From NCBI RefSeq assembly GCF_009914755.1, contig NC_060929.1: DNA of 64,000 nt; one strand, 5' to 3'. The notes under the pieces were generated by a model. It had not been told where the DNA came from, ran no database searches, and saw only the letters and a list, made by a program, of their open reading frames with translations. The number at the start of each line of letters is the position of its first letter. Position 1 is the stretch's first letter. The position numbers were made by a program, and so were the translations under genes. Of this stretch, positions 15,327 to 33,339 are shown one piece after another. Source of the stretch: the human T2T-CHM13v2.0 reference genome, Homo sapiens.

Positions 15327-17031
15327 TGGTCTCATTTTTACCAACACTTGGACACCTCTAGTACTTGGCTTTACAAGCCCTAGACTTTATCATCCAAGTT
15401 AACACAACAGACCCTGTTGTCCTGGCCTCAGGACAGCCATCATCCTGCTTGGCTAAAAATAAAGGCAGCACTCATATAGTGTAGAATTAGTATTCCTACC
15501 ATGAGCAGGGGCACGCTTTGTGCTGTGGCTACCCCAAAGTCAATTCCCTGGCTGGGACCTGCCAGCTCAGGCAGTGGGAGTTGTACTGGGAGGAGGGTGG
15601 GAGAGATGGTAAGTTTGGATCTCAGTGTACTCAGTAGGGGGAAGGGGGTGGGGAACTGGGCTGCCTTACATGGGAGGCCTCCGGGCATCCCCAGGCAGCT
15701 GGTGGGAGGAGAGAGGGTGTCAGGGAGCTTTGCACTGCGGGGGGCCTTCTCACTACTGTCACTCCTAGGGAGATCTCAGGATACCTAGGCGGAAGAAAAT
15801 AAACACCAACTCTTTTGTCCCTTTCACCAAAGGCCAGCATGTTTCCGATGCCTGTCTAAGGTGAACCTGGCTTGTCCTGTTTACACGTCCTGGGATGTTA
15901 CTGTAATTCCAGTATTCCAGAAGACTCTGTTTCTGGAGACTGGAGAGGCAAGTGTATTTTGGGGTAGCCATAATATCTTGGGTTGGTGGGTACAAATTTG
16001 AACACCTAGTAATGCCCCTTACCCCTGAGGAATTCCAGGGACTGAGCCACCACAAATGTCTTCAGGAACCTGACCCCTCCACGTCATGAACACTGAGTAG
16101 CTCCTGACACTGCTTATGTTTGCTTGCAGGTGATCAAATGGAATCATACACTCTCTCCAAGAGCACGAAGGTTTCTTTTTCTTTTTCTGTTTAATAAAGC
16201 AAGATGTCAATAAACTCTACATTTTTGTGTGTTGGCCAATGGACACTTATAAAATGTCTGATTTCAGCTGTGTTTTCAGTTGAACACCCCCCACCACCCG
16301 CCCAACACCCTCTTTCTGGCACAGTGTGTTTTATGGAGATTTGGGTAAAACTAGATTGTGCTATATGGGTCTCCTGATGAAGAGAATTCACTTCCAAGGC
16401 TAAAGCAGCCATGCAAATATTATTACAAAACCACTCAGCATACAAAATTGGCATAGCTTTCCTCCACAGTTTGCCACTGCCCACTCTCCACTCCTACCCC
16501 GCCCTGGCCACCTTAATTCCCAGTATCATTAGGCCGAAAGAAGGGACAGCTGTCTCCAGAAAATGTGCTCCGAGTGTCCCCATCAGCGTGGATTCCCAAG
16601 AGAGAGCAGGCAGTGAGATGGCACAAGGAGAGGAAGGTACTGGAAAGAATTGCATTAACTCCTCTCTGGACTTACTGCTCATCTTTAAAAACCTAAGCAG
16701 ATGTCAGGCTTATTGATTTCTTTATTGGTGGCAGCTGTGGAGCTGCAGTCCACTATTTTTGGCACCTGGGAGATGCACACGGCCCCTGAGCACACTTCCC
16801 GCCTTCTGATCCCTCACCTGCTCAGCTTCCCAGGCTCCGTCTTTATCTTGAGGATCTCTGAAGACTGCCTCTTCCCCTGTACTCTTCAGGATCCAGTACA
16901 ATGCCTAGTACATGGGTAAAAATTAAAATTATTTGAATGTTCACTATTTGGCAGGCACTGTTCTAGACACTTGCCACATACAGCTCATTCAGTTCTCATA
17001 ATCTGATGAGGTACATACTGTTATTACCCCA

Positions 17032-17504
17032 TGTTCATTTCCTGGGGCTGCCGTCAGAAATTAGCACAAACTTGTTGTCTTAAAACAACTGAAATTTATC
17101 CTCTCACAGTATCCTCTTCACAGGTCCGAAGTCTGAAATCAAGGTGTTGACAGGGCCGTGCTCCTTCTGGAAGCTCTAGGGGAGAATCCTTCCCTGCCTC
17201 TTGCAGCTTCTGGGAGCTGTGGACTTTCCTTGCACTGCTTCAGCCCAGTCTATGCCTTTGTCTTCACGTTGCTTTGTCTGTGTGTCTGTGTCTTCTCTCT
17301 TGTCTGCATGTCTCTACTTTGTGTGTCTCATTTATAAGGACATTTGTCATTGGAGTTAGGGCTACCCAAATAATTCAGGATGATTCCAACTTGAGATTTT
17401 TAATTTAATTACATCTGCAGAGACACTTTTGCCAAATGAGGACACATTTGCAGGTTTTGGGATGTGGGTATATCTTTTGGGGAGCTACTATTCAACACAG
17501 TACA
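17032..17504 (-). mobile_element. MLT1 (MLT1C/D-like) MaLR LTR inserted in a MIR (MIR halves ~16930-17031 and ~17505-17640)
   Basis: Diagnostic ttaaaacaactgaaatttatcctctcacagt...gtctgaaatcaaggtgttgacagggccgtgctcc...aattacatctgcagagac; MIR text resumes after acccc. Confidence 0.8.
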
Positions 17505-18379
17505 ACCCCTTTTGTGATGGAAAAATGGTGATACATTGTGGTTACGGAATTCTCTGAGGTTGCACAGCCAGGAGTTGGTAGAATTGGAATTTACACACAG
17601 CAGCCTGGCTCTAGAGCTTGCATATGGACCACTACTCTCTTTTGCCTTTTAGTAAATGTGCTCCGTGATTGTTCACGGTATGAATGGAGGGCAGCATGGC
17701 TGGGGAAATAGATGGATGAAAAGATGCTGGTAACAGTAGTTGGCCAACATTCTCCTTCTCAATGTACTGAAAATAGTAACAACAACTGATATTCATTGTT
17801 TTATGCTCTTGACCTGGGACTCGTCCTTGGATCCTCTTTTTTGGCTATTCTAGGGAGAGCTCAGCTATCTCGAGGCATTGCCTACCATTTATGCACTTCT
17901 GCCTTCCAAATTTATGTCCATAGCCTTGATTTCTCTGCTGTGTTCCAGACTCATGTGCCCCACTGCCCCCTTACCATTCCAGTGGGGGCGTTATAGGGAT
18001 CTCTAACCTAACACAACAAAATGCAATCCTTGATATGTCTCTTTCAAGCTAGTTCTTTCCTTCTCCTCCTCCCGTCTCAGTAAATGGCACCACCATCCAC
18101 CCAAAGGCTCATTCCCAAAACTAGAAACCACTCTTCATTCTCTTTTCCCGACACTCTGTATCCAAATCCAGGAATAAGTCCTGTTGGCCCCACCTCCAGC
18201 CTCCACCTTGTTCTCCCGCCTCCACAGCAGCCGCCCTTGTTAAAATCACTGCCATCTCACCCCTGGACCCATGCTGCAGTCATCTTCTAACCGGGCCACC
18301 TGAGGACACCCTTGACCCCAGTCCTTTTCCTCCGAGCAGCCAGAGGGGTCTTTTATTTTTTTAAGACTTTTTTTTTTTT

Positions 18380-18722
18380 AATATAGCAATTTTAGGTTCA
18401 CAGCCAAATTGAGAAGAAATTACAGAGATTTCCTGTATACCTCTTGCCCCTACACATGCAGAGCCTCCACTCTCATCAACATCCTTCACCACATAGTTCA
18501 TTTGTTACAGTCGATGAACCTGTGTTGGAACATCGTTATCCCTCGAGTCCATAGTTTACCTTAGGGGTTCACTCTTACATTCTATGGGTTTGGATAAATG
18601 TATAATGTCATGGGTTTGGATAATGTGTAATGTCATGTATCCACCATTATATTATATGAGTAGTTTCACTGGCCTAAAAATCTTCTGTGCTCTGACTCCT
18701 ATTCATCCCTCCTGCCCCCCAA
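18380..18722 (-). mobile_element. L1MC-type 3' fragment
   Basis: gcaattttaggttcacagccaaattgagaagaaattacagagatttcc...cattctatgggtttggataaatgtataatg. Confidence 0.75.
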
Positions 18723-18732
18723 CCCAGAGGGG

Positions 18733-18869
18733 TTTTTTTGTTTGTTTTTTTAAGAGATGGGGTCTCACTGTGTCGTGCAGGCTGGTCTCAAACTCCTGGG
18801 CCCAAGCGGTCCACCCGCTTTGGCCTCCCAGAGTTCTGGGATTACAGACATGAGCCACTGTGCCCGGCC
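18733..18869 (-). mobile_element. Alu monomer (FLAM-like)
   Basis: Single reverse Alu arm, TSD ccagagggg. Confidence 0.85.
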
Positions 18870-19344
18870 AGAGGGGTCGTTTAAAAACACAAGTCGTATC
18901 ACTCCCTGGCTTAAAACTGGACATTTCTCGTTGCCATTTCAGTGTGATTCAGGCTCCTTGCCCCAGTCCACCTCTCCTATGACTCCTTCTCTTAGCACTC
19001 ATTGCCCTCACTCCATGCCTGACATGCTGTACTTCTTTCAGTTTTGGAACACACCAAGTTCCGTCCCATATCAGGGCTCTTCTTCTGCTTGGAAACATCT
19101 TCCCCCAGATCTTCACAAGAACATATGATCTAACAGGAAACAGGACCACCCCCAGGTACTCTATCACATGACTCCTGTTTGAAATAAAATATTTGATTTA
19201 TTCATTTATTATCTGTCTTAGCTGTTGGATCATACGCTCCATTAAAGCAAAGAACTAGTTTGTGTATCTCACATGCTGAAAATAGTTCCTATTTCTGCCT
19301 TTCCTTTAAGGTTTCAAGGAAGAGGGTTTAAAATATCAAGTCTC

Positions 19345-19875
<531 letters not shown>

Positions 19876-19949
19876 TTATCCAATAGACACTCAATAAATG
19901 TCTGTTGAACAAGTCAAGCACTTAAAGCATTTCAGGCACTGTTCCCAGT

Positions 19950-20080
19950 TATCCTTATTTTTCAGATGAGGAAACAGAGGCTTGGAAAGGCTAAGTGACT
20001 TGACTGAGGTTGCATATCTATTAAGAGTTGGAGCAAGAATTTGAATCCAGATCTCTCTGTCTACTAAGCCCCTATTCCCA
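19950..20080 (-). mobile_element. MIR fragment in the spacer of inverted duplication 1
   Basis: ttttcagatgaggaaacagaggc...aagtgacttg...atttgaatccagatct. Confidence 0.8.
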
Positions 20081-20158
20081 ACCACGATTCCATACAGAAT
20101 CTCTGAGAAGCAGGAACTGCCTGGGATCCCTAAAGTCTCTACAGAGCCCTGAGTTTAC

Positions 20159-20406
20159 TAATTCATTTTCCCGCTCATAAACCCAGGACACAGATTGTTA
20201 ACACACAGGGAAGAAATATACTCACCCAGATTCCCAGTGTACTACTTCTCTGAAAAGTTGGCCTGGGACTTAATCTTGAGAAGCTAAGAAGTTCATTTCT
20301 CTTCTTCTCCACTTTAGGAGTTTCAGGCTCAAGACTTTTTCTGATCTTTCTTGCAACTTGATGGTTTAAACCCTCTTCTTTGAACCCTTAAAGGGAAGGC
20401 AGAGAT
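20159..20406. repeat. Inverted duplication 1, right (source) arm
   Basis: taattcattttcccgctcataaacccaggacacagattgttaac... is the reverse complement of the left-arm sequence ending at 19878. Confidence 0.92.
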
Positions 20407-21317
20407 GACCAGGTTGAGTCCTTATATGCAAAGGTAGAATTTTTCTGTAATCAGAAAAAGCTCTGAGGTCTTCCTCCTCCTGATGTTCCTTACACATGAA
20501 GACTTTTATGTAGTTTGGTCTTTTCGGCCTCCGCGTTTCTTCCTAGCTGATAAGAGCCCTAGGGTGAGAGCATGGACTCCATTTTCAGATTGGCTATTAG
20601 TGAGAACCTCTCCATTGAGTCTTGCTAAAAGACTGGTCCATTTCTTGGTCACTAGCTTTGAGCCAGTCATGAAAGAAGACAAAGGACAGGTTCTTGCCAG
20701 GTGTAGGGCTCAAAGTTTGCAGACTAGGGAGAATGAGAAATCACCTATTCATCTCTTTCCCTGTTGTTGGACCTCCTTTTAAAAATAACTTCTATCTTGA
20801 GAATTACATCAGCATCCCGTAAGTAAACATTGGACAAAATACTACTATTTCGGGCAAACAGTAATTGTGAGGATGTCCAAGACCCGTAACTGTAGGTTGG
20901 GCTTTTATTCATAGAAAGGTCTATAGTGGCTAATTTTTAGTGTATCTGGCAAATATAGCTGCTCTCCTGCAGAAAGGTAGAACTCTGGCCATTTGATGTA
21001 TCATGCACTTCACCTCTGCTGTCATGAGTGGGATTTGCTATGGTAACCAGAACTTTGCCCGAGGATTGTGCATGTAAGGTGTCACTCATTGGTAGTACTC
21101 TTTATTTTTAGCATAAACCAAAGAGGAGCTGCTCATTGTTCCTGCTAACATGCAGGTGGGTAGTCACAGTGGAGCCTGGGAAGAATTGTATGTGCTGTTC
21201 TCATGGGGAATGTCACCACCCACCACAGTTCTCATTTGTTGGAGCAAGATGTGCTTCTGGATTTCCGTTGGTTAAAATCTGTGCTGAAAGTTGTGCGCTA
21301 GGATAGTTGGACTTGCT

Positions 21318-21991
<674 letters not shown>

Positions 21992-22417
21992 TGGACTTGA
22001 TATTTTAAATAACTCTTTCTCAACTGCTCCTCCCCATCTTCATCTTAGCATAGCATGTAAGGTTTGCCAACAATGGCGGTCCTGCAGATAGGAGATGGGT
22101 GCTTTCCATAAAGCCACTGGAAACTATGAAAGCTCAGCAAACATTTGAAGGAGGTAGTATTATCTTCTCAACATGACACTCATTTCTTTCCGAGTGCTTA
22201 TACTTTGTCCTCACTGCCCCCAAATCAACTTTTTTCCTTTTTTCATCCAACTAATGTTTATTTAGCACATGCCACATAGAGAAAAGATATATATACTTCA
22301 TATTCTCAGTACAGGGAATAAAAATAAAATTCAGTTTGCCTTGAATTATCAATTGCCTCAAATTGTTTGGCTGTCTTCCGGACCAGAGGGAGGAAAAATG
22401 GTGAAAACATTGCTTCA

Positions 22418-22761
<344 letters not shown>

Positions 22762-23450
22762 TCACTTTTGCTGGTGACTTGGAACTGGCTGGGATCTCCC
22801 GTGGCATATTTGCTGATAGATATGTATATCTAGGACCGAGTGAATCTGGAGCCATGTAACACTGTACTCCATCACCTGTGAGTTTGGTTGAGGATGCAAA
22901 CTAGTCCAAAGTGAAGCTGCAGTTCTTTTATCAGTTGATATCAGCTGTGGGGCAGAAACACTAGACTGGAAGGTTCTTCCAGGCACAGACTATATCCTGT
23001 TTGATGCTGTGACTCAAGTACCTAGTGCAGTGCGTGTACTATAATAGGCCCTTCATGAAGGTTTTTTAATGAGTGAGATTAGCATCAGATTGGCACGTCT
23101 GGGTGGGAGAGAAGAACCTGGGTTATACGTCAGGTCCTACTTATAAGGAATCCATGAAGATCCCCATAGTCTGAAATAGTCCTGTCCTTCAAAAACATAT
23201 AATCTAATGTGAGAGGGAGGACCTCTGAGGCAGCGCTAGTTATGACTTAGGATGTATGGGAAGATGAATCTTCTGATGAAAGCATCTTAAGAATTATCCT
23301 AACATCACCAGTTTTCTTTTCAAATGGAAAGATTTCACTTTACACACTGATCATTTTAGATGATTTCATAAACTGTCACACGTGCAGCCCAATTCATTCA
23401 TTCAGTAAATCAGATCTTTATTTGACACCTACTATGTGGTACCCCCTTAG

Positions 23451-23864
<414 letters not shown>

Positions 23865-23869
23865 CTATC

Positions 23870-25370
<1,501 letters not shown>

Positions 25371-26839
25371 GAATCATTGGTATTTTTCATTTAAACACTG
25401 ATGCCCCAGGGAGGGTGATTTAATTGGTATGAGGTATAGCCCAAGCACTGGTATTTTTTGAAGACTCCCCAGGTGATTCTAAAGTGAAGCCAGCATTGCA
25501 AACCACTGCCTTCCAGATCTGAACTCTGTTGTTTTTCTCCTTTTAAGGACTTTGCCTCTGTGGCATATGTTGTTGCATTCTTAGAAAATCCATTAGTCTC
25601 AAAACTTAAATTGCAGTGGATGGTAGAAAGGAAGTTTGTGTTGTGTGTGATAGCATATTAGGGTTTAAATTGGATCATCTCATTAGAGTAGTTGGAGTGG
25701 ACATTCTTCCATTTATGAAACCTAGGCTGAACTTCGATGCACAGGCATAGACCCCATGCTGCAGAGTCGAGTGTGTTCTTTGTTAATTTCCCAGTTGAGC
25801 ATCCGACTTTTGTCTCTACGTTCAAAGAGAGAGAGGGGGTTTGAATCTGGCTAATTATAAACTTCATTTGCTCAAATGGGCTATGCGCATGTATTCCATA
25901 CTCCCACCCAGAATGTTCACCTGCCCACCTGCCCACTACTTAAATTCTGTCCATCTCTGAATGCCCAGGGAAAGTCTCATCCCCTTTGAAAAGCCTTCCC
26001 CGCCTTCCCTGGCTGGCAGCCTCCCCCGGGACACCTGGCATTTTTACTTGCTACCTAGCACATGTTGCTTTGTTGGTGAACCTTTTGATGGAGGTGTCTT
26101 CTTTTTTCCCTTCCCTCCCAGACTCAGCTGGAACCTCTCCAAGGGCACTCAGCCATCTCTTTCACCTCTCTGTGTCCCCAGCAGCAGTCAGTAAAGGGAT
26201 GTTGATGGATTGGTTCGACTATTCTTGTTTAATGTATTGACAGCGTCTAAGCACCATTGCCGAGGGGAAGGGATGTCACTCAGCGTAAACACCTTGGCAT
26301 CGTCCCCTCTGGTTTATCGCTGATCTGTAGCATTCTCATTTTATGATTTTTTAAAGCAACTGAATACTTAGCTTTTAAGATTTAAAATCCCAAGGTTTCA
26401 GTACCATGTTTGAAAATGATGTATTCAAGAAAGCTCAGATACAATCTCTTTTGGCTTTGTTTTCTAAATCAGATTCAAAGTAATAAAATTTTAACTGCCT
26501 TTTAGGGGCTCTAAGAGGAAGCTCCAAGACAGAGCAAAGGGGCTGCTTTATAGGGCCCCTCTCTCTCCATTAGAAGTAGTGGCTTTTCTATTGTAGTCTT
26601 ATTATCAAGTTGACATTCTTCACCTCAACAGCCTGGGAGATCAGGTAACCCGATACACTGGAGAAGGAGGAGGGTTTAGAAATGAAGTCCTTAACATCTT
26701 TGTGGCTCTTTGTAGCCCTCAGCTCGGGGGTGGAGGGAGTGATGTCATACTGAGACAGGAAATGTCATAAAGCTGGAAAATGTCATAAACCGATCTCCAT
26801 CTGGTCGTAGATGTACAAGAAACAGCAAAGAAAAGCACA

Positions 26840-27560
26840 TTGTGTTTTTATCCATAGGGGATAAGGTTACTAGACCTGTACATCATGGGAAAGCTGTTGA
26901 TGTAGCCTATCTGGCCTTTTCAGCAAGGTGTTTGGATGGTCCTGTGCAATGTCTTTGAGGGCAAGATGGTGCTATGTGGACTGGACAGTAGCAGCATGTG
27001 GTGATTTGCAGCTGACCCTTGAATGCCTGGACAGTGGATGGCGGACAGGTGTTCATCCAGAGAGAAAGTTCCAGAGTGAGTCCTGCACAGCTCTACCGTT
27101 GGCTTTATCCTGCTCCTGTTCAACATTTTTATCAACGATTTGAATACAGACGTGGATGACATATTTATCCCATTTGCTTATGACCCAGATCTGGGAAACA
27201 CAGTGACCTCATTTCACACCAGAATCAGAATCTAAATAGGCTTACAGGAAAGGCCAAGCCTTGCAAAAGTCAGCCAAGGGGCTCAAGTGAAGGTCCTGCA
27301 CTTGAATCTGAAAAAAACCACCTGCATTTTTTATGGGATGGTCAGGAGCCTGTTTTAACAGCAGCCTTTGTGTAAAACATGGAGGCAGGTCATGAGACCG
27401 TGTGATCCATGTGCATCAGCACTGGGATGTGACTCTGAAATAAGAGCAAATTCCAGGTTTGAGGAGGCCAGGGACAGAGTGTTGACCTCGGCGCTAGTCC
27501 TGCACATCTTGACTATTGTGTGCTGCTCCCGGCAACACCCGCAAAGGAGGCATTAGTAGA
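26840..27560 (+). mobile_element. L3/CR1 LINE reverse-transcriptase relic
   Basis: Decayed RT motifs: gatgtagcctatctggccttttcagcaaggtgttt (DxxYLDFSKAF-like), ctcctgttcaacatttttatcaacgatttg (LLFNIFINDL), tttgcttatgacccagatctggga (FADDTKLG-like). Confidence 0.75.
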
Positions 27561-28288
27561 AGAGATGTACAGGAAAGATAATAGCTGCCTTCCAAGTCCT
27601 ACTCTTTCCAGCCCATACCCCTAGGAACCATCGCTTTATCTGCTTCTTTGCCAATACTCTAACCGTCCTATCTTTTTTCCTTTAGTTGCCCCCACCCAAC
27701 AAATTCTCTACACAAAATAAGTTCAACCACTGGCATTTTCTGCCCCTATGTGCTAGCTGCTAAGCATTTCTATGAAAGAAAAAATAATCACCCAGCTGTT
27801 TGGATTGGTGCAATCGCAGAATAATGGTCTCTAAGCTCATCAGATCCACAGGCTGGCAGACAGGTGGACGGACAGTCTTCAGGGCCCCAGTCACCCCAGG
27901 GTCTATTCTAACTCTTCCCCTCCCCTTCAAACTTTGACCTCCCTGTCTCCTCCCTCCCTCTCAGCAAGGAATCTTCATATTTTCTTCACAGAGGATGATC
28001 AGCGGAAACTCCGTTCATCCTGTTCCCTCACTTACAAAGGATCTATTTCCACCTCCAGCCTGCGCTCTTTCCTTCCTGCTTCTGAGAAAATTTCCCTCCT
28101 TTTATCAAAGATTTCCCCAGGAGCTCAGGAGCGTGTCTCCTCTCTTGCCTGTAACGATCATATTTGATCAGTATACTTTCTTTTCTGCCGTTAACCTCTC
28201 TGTGTCTGTGTTTCCTCTCCACCATGTTTAAACCTCCCCCTTCTTTAACTAATACCCCTTTGTCTTTATATCCTTAACAACCCCATGA

Positions 28289-28616
<328 letters not shown>

Positions 28617-28649
28617 TGTTTTCACTTCTTAAATCTCTCGTTAATTCCA

Positions 28650-29290
28650 CAATGGATGGTGTAGTTTGATTTTGCTCCCAGTTCTTCCTTGAAATGCCCT
28701 CGCCGTGTTCACCCGTGGTCCTCTTCCCCTGCCTCCCAGTGAATCTTTTCCATACTGACTTTGGTTGGCACTGCTCTTTTATGAAACTCTATTCTCCTGG
28801 CTTCTCTGACACCACTTCTCAGACACTGCTTTTCTCCTACCTCTTTAAATAATACTTAATCTTAGTCTCTCTGAGCTCCTCTCCATGGAGCCCTTTAATT
28901 TACTTTTGCAAAACCTTTATTCTCCCTCTACTTTTTTGATTGGTTTCATACTTTGCCTCTTAAACAAAGGTTCTCATCTCACCCTCTGGCAATTTGAGCC
29001 ACATCTTCAACTTCAGTCACCACCTATGTACTGATCACTTCCAGATCTGTACCTTTAGACCCAACCCTCCTCCTGAGCACTGACTCACACATCCAAGTGT
29101 CTACCCGCCATCTCCATCTGGTTGACCCTCAGCTACTCCAGAGTAACAATGTCCCAAGCCAAGCTCACCATTTTCCCCATATAAACCTCTTCCTCTGCTC
29201 CCCAGCTTGGTCAGTGTCACCCCCACTCAACTAGCCCCCGAGACAAGACACTCAGACTCATCCCTCACCTCTCTATGGCTCTGTATACTT
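28650..29290 (+). mobile_element. Old L2 fragment
   Basis: cctggcttctctgacaccac...cttccagatctgtacctttag...ccatctccatctgg. Confidence 0.6.
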
Positions 29291-30034
29291 GTACATGGGG
29301 AGTTTGCAACCACTATCCATTGGATAAACTATTTCAGTGGCTTTTCTTGTATAGGACTGCTAAGACTTATTCTCATTTCTGGTCTGGAAGCCAGAATAAG
29401 GGCCAAAGCATTGAAGTTAAGGGAAAGACATACAGCCCTATGCTGGGCAAATTTTTCTACCTGTTGTACCTGTCTCCAACTGGTGTGGAGTGCCTTGGGA
29501 GGTTGTAAGTTTCCTTTTCCTGCGGCAGAGGTTGGAGGACCGATGTTACAAGATTGAGCTGGGTGGCTTCAAATGCTGATACCAACTTTGAGGTTTGATT
29601 CAGCAGCTAATAAGCCCATCCTGCATACTTTGTCGACATCATTTCATTTAAGCTCCCTAATAGATTATTAGCCCTATCGAATTGAGAAGAACCAAAAGCT
29701 CAGAGGATCAGGTAATTTTCCTAAGGTGACCCAGCTGGGTAGTCAGACTTTTAAAGGAGACCTGGTGTCCCCACAGTCCACTGTTTTTGGTAAGCCACTG
29801 CTTTCCACTTGGTGTTACAGACAAATTTCAATTCAATAGATTGGAATCATCTGCATATCCTCATTGGCACAATTCAACCTTTAGGGATAATAGAAAGGAG
29901 CAATTCTTTGATTCATAGATTAAATAAATTTGGAGCCCAAGTTCTCCTTAAATATGTCCCCATATCTATTGGCATGTTATTCTTCCTCTCCATTTCTATG
30001 GATACTTTATTGTTATAACAAGTAATTCTTTTAA

Positions 30035-30732
30035 AAATTTTTTTATAAAAAAATTTTTTAGAGATGGGGTCTGTATTAGTCCATTCTCACACTGCTATGA
30101 AGAAATACCTGAGATTGGGTAATTTATAAAGGAAAGAGGTTTAATTGACTCTCAGTTCCGCATGGCTGGGAAGGCCTCAGGAAATTTACAATCAAGGCAG
30201 AAGGGGAAGCAAACATGTCCTTCTTCACAAGGTGGCAGGAGAGAGAAGTGCCGAGCAAAGAGGGGAAAGCCCCTTATAAAACTAACAGCTCTTGAGAGAA
30301 CTCACTCACTATCATGAGAACAGCAGCATGGGGGTAACTGCCGCCATGATTAAATTACCTCCCACTGAGTCCCTCCCATGACACATGGGGATTATGGGAA
30401 CTACAATTCAAGATGAGATTTGGGTGGGGACAAAGCTAAACCATATCAGAGTCTCTGCTGCCCAGGCTGGAGTGCAATGGTGTGATTATAGCTCACTACA
30501 GCTTTAAACTCTTGAGCTCAAGCAGTCCTCCCCCCTCAGCCTCCTGAGTAGCTTAGACTAACTACAGGCATGTGTCACTATGCCCAGTGAATTTTTTGTT
30601 TTGTTTTGTTTTGTGGAGATGGGGTCTTGCTATATTGTCCAGCCTGGTCTTGAACTCCTGGCCTCAAATGATCATCCCACCTTGACCTCCCAAAGTGCTG
30701 GGATAACAGGCATGAGCCACTGTGACGGGCCT
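30035..30732 (-). mobile_element. AluJ-like element split by a THE1 LTR
   Basis: tttttagagatggggtc | LTR | gagtctctgctgcccaggctggagtgcaatgg... rest of the Alu; TSD ataa(c/g)aagtaattctt. Confidence 0.85.
30072..30448 (-). mobile_element. THE1 (THE1C/D-like) solo LTR
   Basis: tgtattagtcc...gatgagatttgggtggggacaaagctaaaccatatca; 5-bp TSD gggtc/gagtc. Confidence 0.92.
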
Positions 30733-31729
30733 ATAAGAAGTAATTCTTGTATCCAAGTGCAATTTTCTTCATAAGCCACCACCTCCAGTTTGCAGAGGCT
30801 TGGAAAGAAACAAATGAGAAAGGGTTAGCTCTTCCATTTGCTTAGTATGGCTTTTAATTAAATGCAGGTCCTGGCTTCGGAGGTTCTGAGCTGCTGCTAA
30901 AATAGCAGCCTGTTGTGTGGCTCATGCTGAGGAGGTCAGTCCTGGGTTTTATTTTACAAACTCAACAGAAAAGATGTCATACATTACAGGGGAATTGGCT
31001 TGAGGTATAGGAAGAATATGTAAGCAAATATTTACCTTATTTTAACTTTTGCCTCTGACACATTGTCCCGGTAGGAAGCAGAGGACTGATTAAAACAGCA
31101 GATACGCATCAAAACAGGGAGGAATCAGCTTGGGACAGTCACCAGGTGGGAGGAAAGGAGTCCAAGGGGACAGCCGAGCCAAGAATCTGAAACCCAAGCT
31201 GTAGAGACTCAACTTGCAGATAACCTGTGAGTGGTTATTTTTATAGCACCCATTAGCTGACACTCTTGAAACACTAAGGAGAACTTATCCTCTCTTCTCC
31301 TCTTACACGCTCTAAAGTATGTGATCACTTTTCCATCTTGCACCTGATCCTAACTTTGTTACGTGACTATTCAGAGAGTTTCTTAGCCTTTGGGCTTGAG
31401 GATTAGGGACAGTTTGAGTAAATAAAATCCAGCAATAATCCCCAAGGCTAAAGATAGATAGAAATAAGTAGTTCCTCCCTTGGTTTTTTTTTTTTTTTTT
31501 CTTTTTTTTTCATCAGAGATATTCAGGGGCAAAAAGGTAAATGTCGTAACTGTACAAGGTGCAGGCAGGGGAAGATGATGGGAGAGTGAAAAGACTCCTG
31601 GGTGGCCCAGACACCAACACTCTCAGCTGTAGTCCAGACACGTCATCCTGGGTGAGGTAGCTGGCCTCTTGAGGTCCTAGTTTCCTCACCCTTAGAAGGA
31701 AGCAGTTGCAGTTAATAATTCCTAAAGTC

Positions 31730-32031
<302 letters not shown>

Positions 32032-32111
32032 TAATTCCTAAAGCCTCTTTTATCTGTAAAAGAAGAAAACGTCCTGACACACAGTTGGAGCTCCAGAATC
32101 CACATGCTGCC

Positions 32112-32726
<615 letters not shown>

Positions 32727-33339
32727 CCACCTCTCACATGAAAACAATCATCCCTTTCCTGCCTCTCACTACTAAAGATCCATTCACGTCCACAATGCCT
32801 TGGACCTCACTTTCTGTCTTAGATGAACAAATTGATCTAAATTAAGCTACCCATAAAAAATATCCTGTTTCTGTTAGGAATAAGTTCCATTAATAGTAAA
32901 AGACTTGCAAGGCATGAAAAATTCAGTTTCCCTTCCACTGATGATGATTTCTTCCTCCAACTTTAGAGATTGTCTATTCTAATCTTGTATGTTATAAATG
33001 AACAAATCTCAACCCAGAGAGCTGAGGTGGCTTTCTAAGGGTCACACAGTGAAGACCGTTTGGTAGGACTTTTCCCCACTGCCCCAAATGGCAAGATACA
33101 GGTACTTGGCATTCAGTGTTTAAAAGGTAATTATAGAACTACTTTTAAACAGGAGGTTGTTTTACCTTGGCATTTTTTTAAGAAAAAAAAATAAACAAGT
33201 GTACTAGATTTGTCCTTTTAAGCCAGTTTAAGAAGGGTGCCTTCTCTGTGCTGTTGAAATTGGCAGGCCCACATCTTGCAGACAGACTGTTCTGGTCTAC
33301 TTGGTTAGTTGTTATCCCAAATGCAAATCTGACTCACGG

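Larger units (their letters stand above)
17780..19290 (+). mobile_element. Fragmented L2 3' region, interrupted by L1MC and FLAM; its tail continues at ~19879-19915
   Basis: L2 motifs tctcagtaaatggcaccaccatccaccca, gcagccagaggggtc, tgcttggaaacatcttccc, ctcaataaatgtctgttgaac. Confidence 0.7.

Noticed and set aside
18584-18637. Short tandem duplication atgggtttggataa(a)tgt(a/g)taatgtc
   Set aside because: Ordinary slippage duplication inside an L1MC relic
30028-30060. AT-only quasi-palindrome
   Set aside because: Low-complexity decay of an Alu poly-A tail
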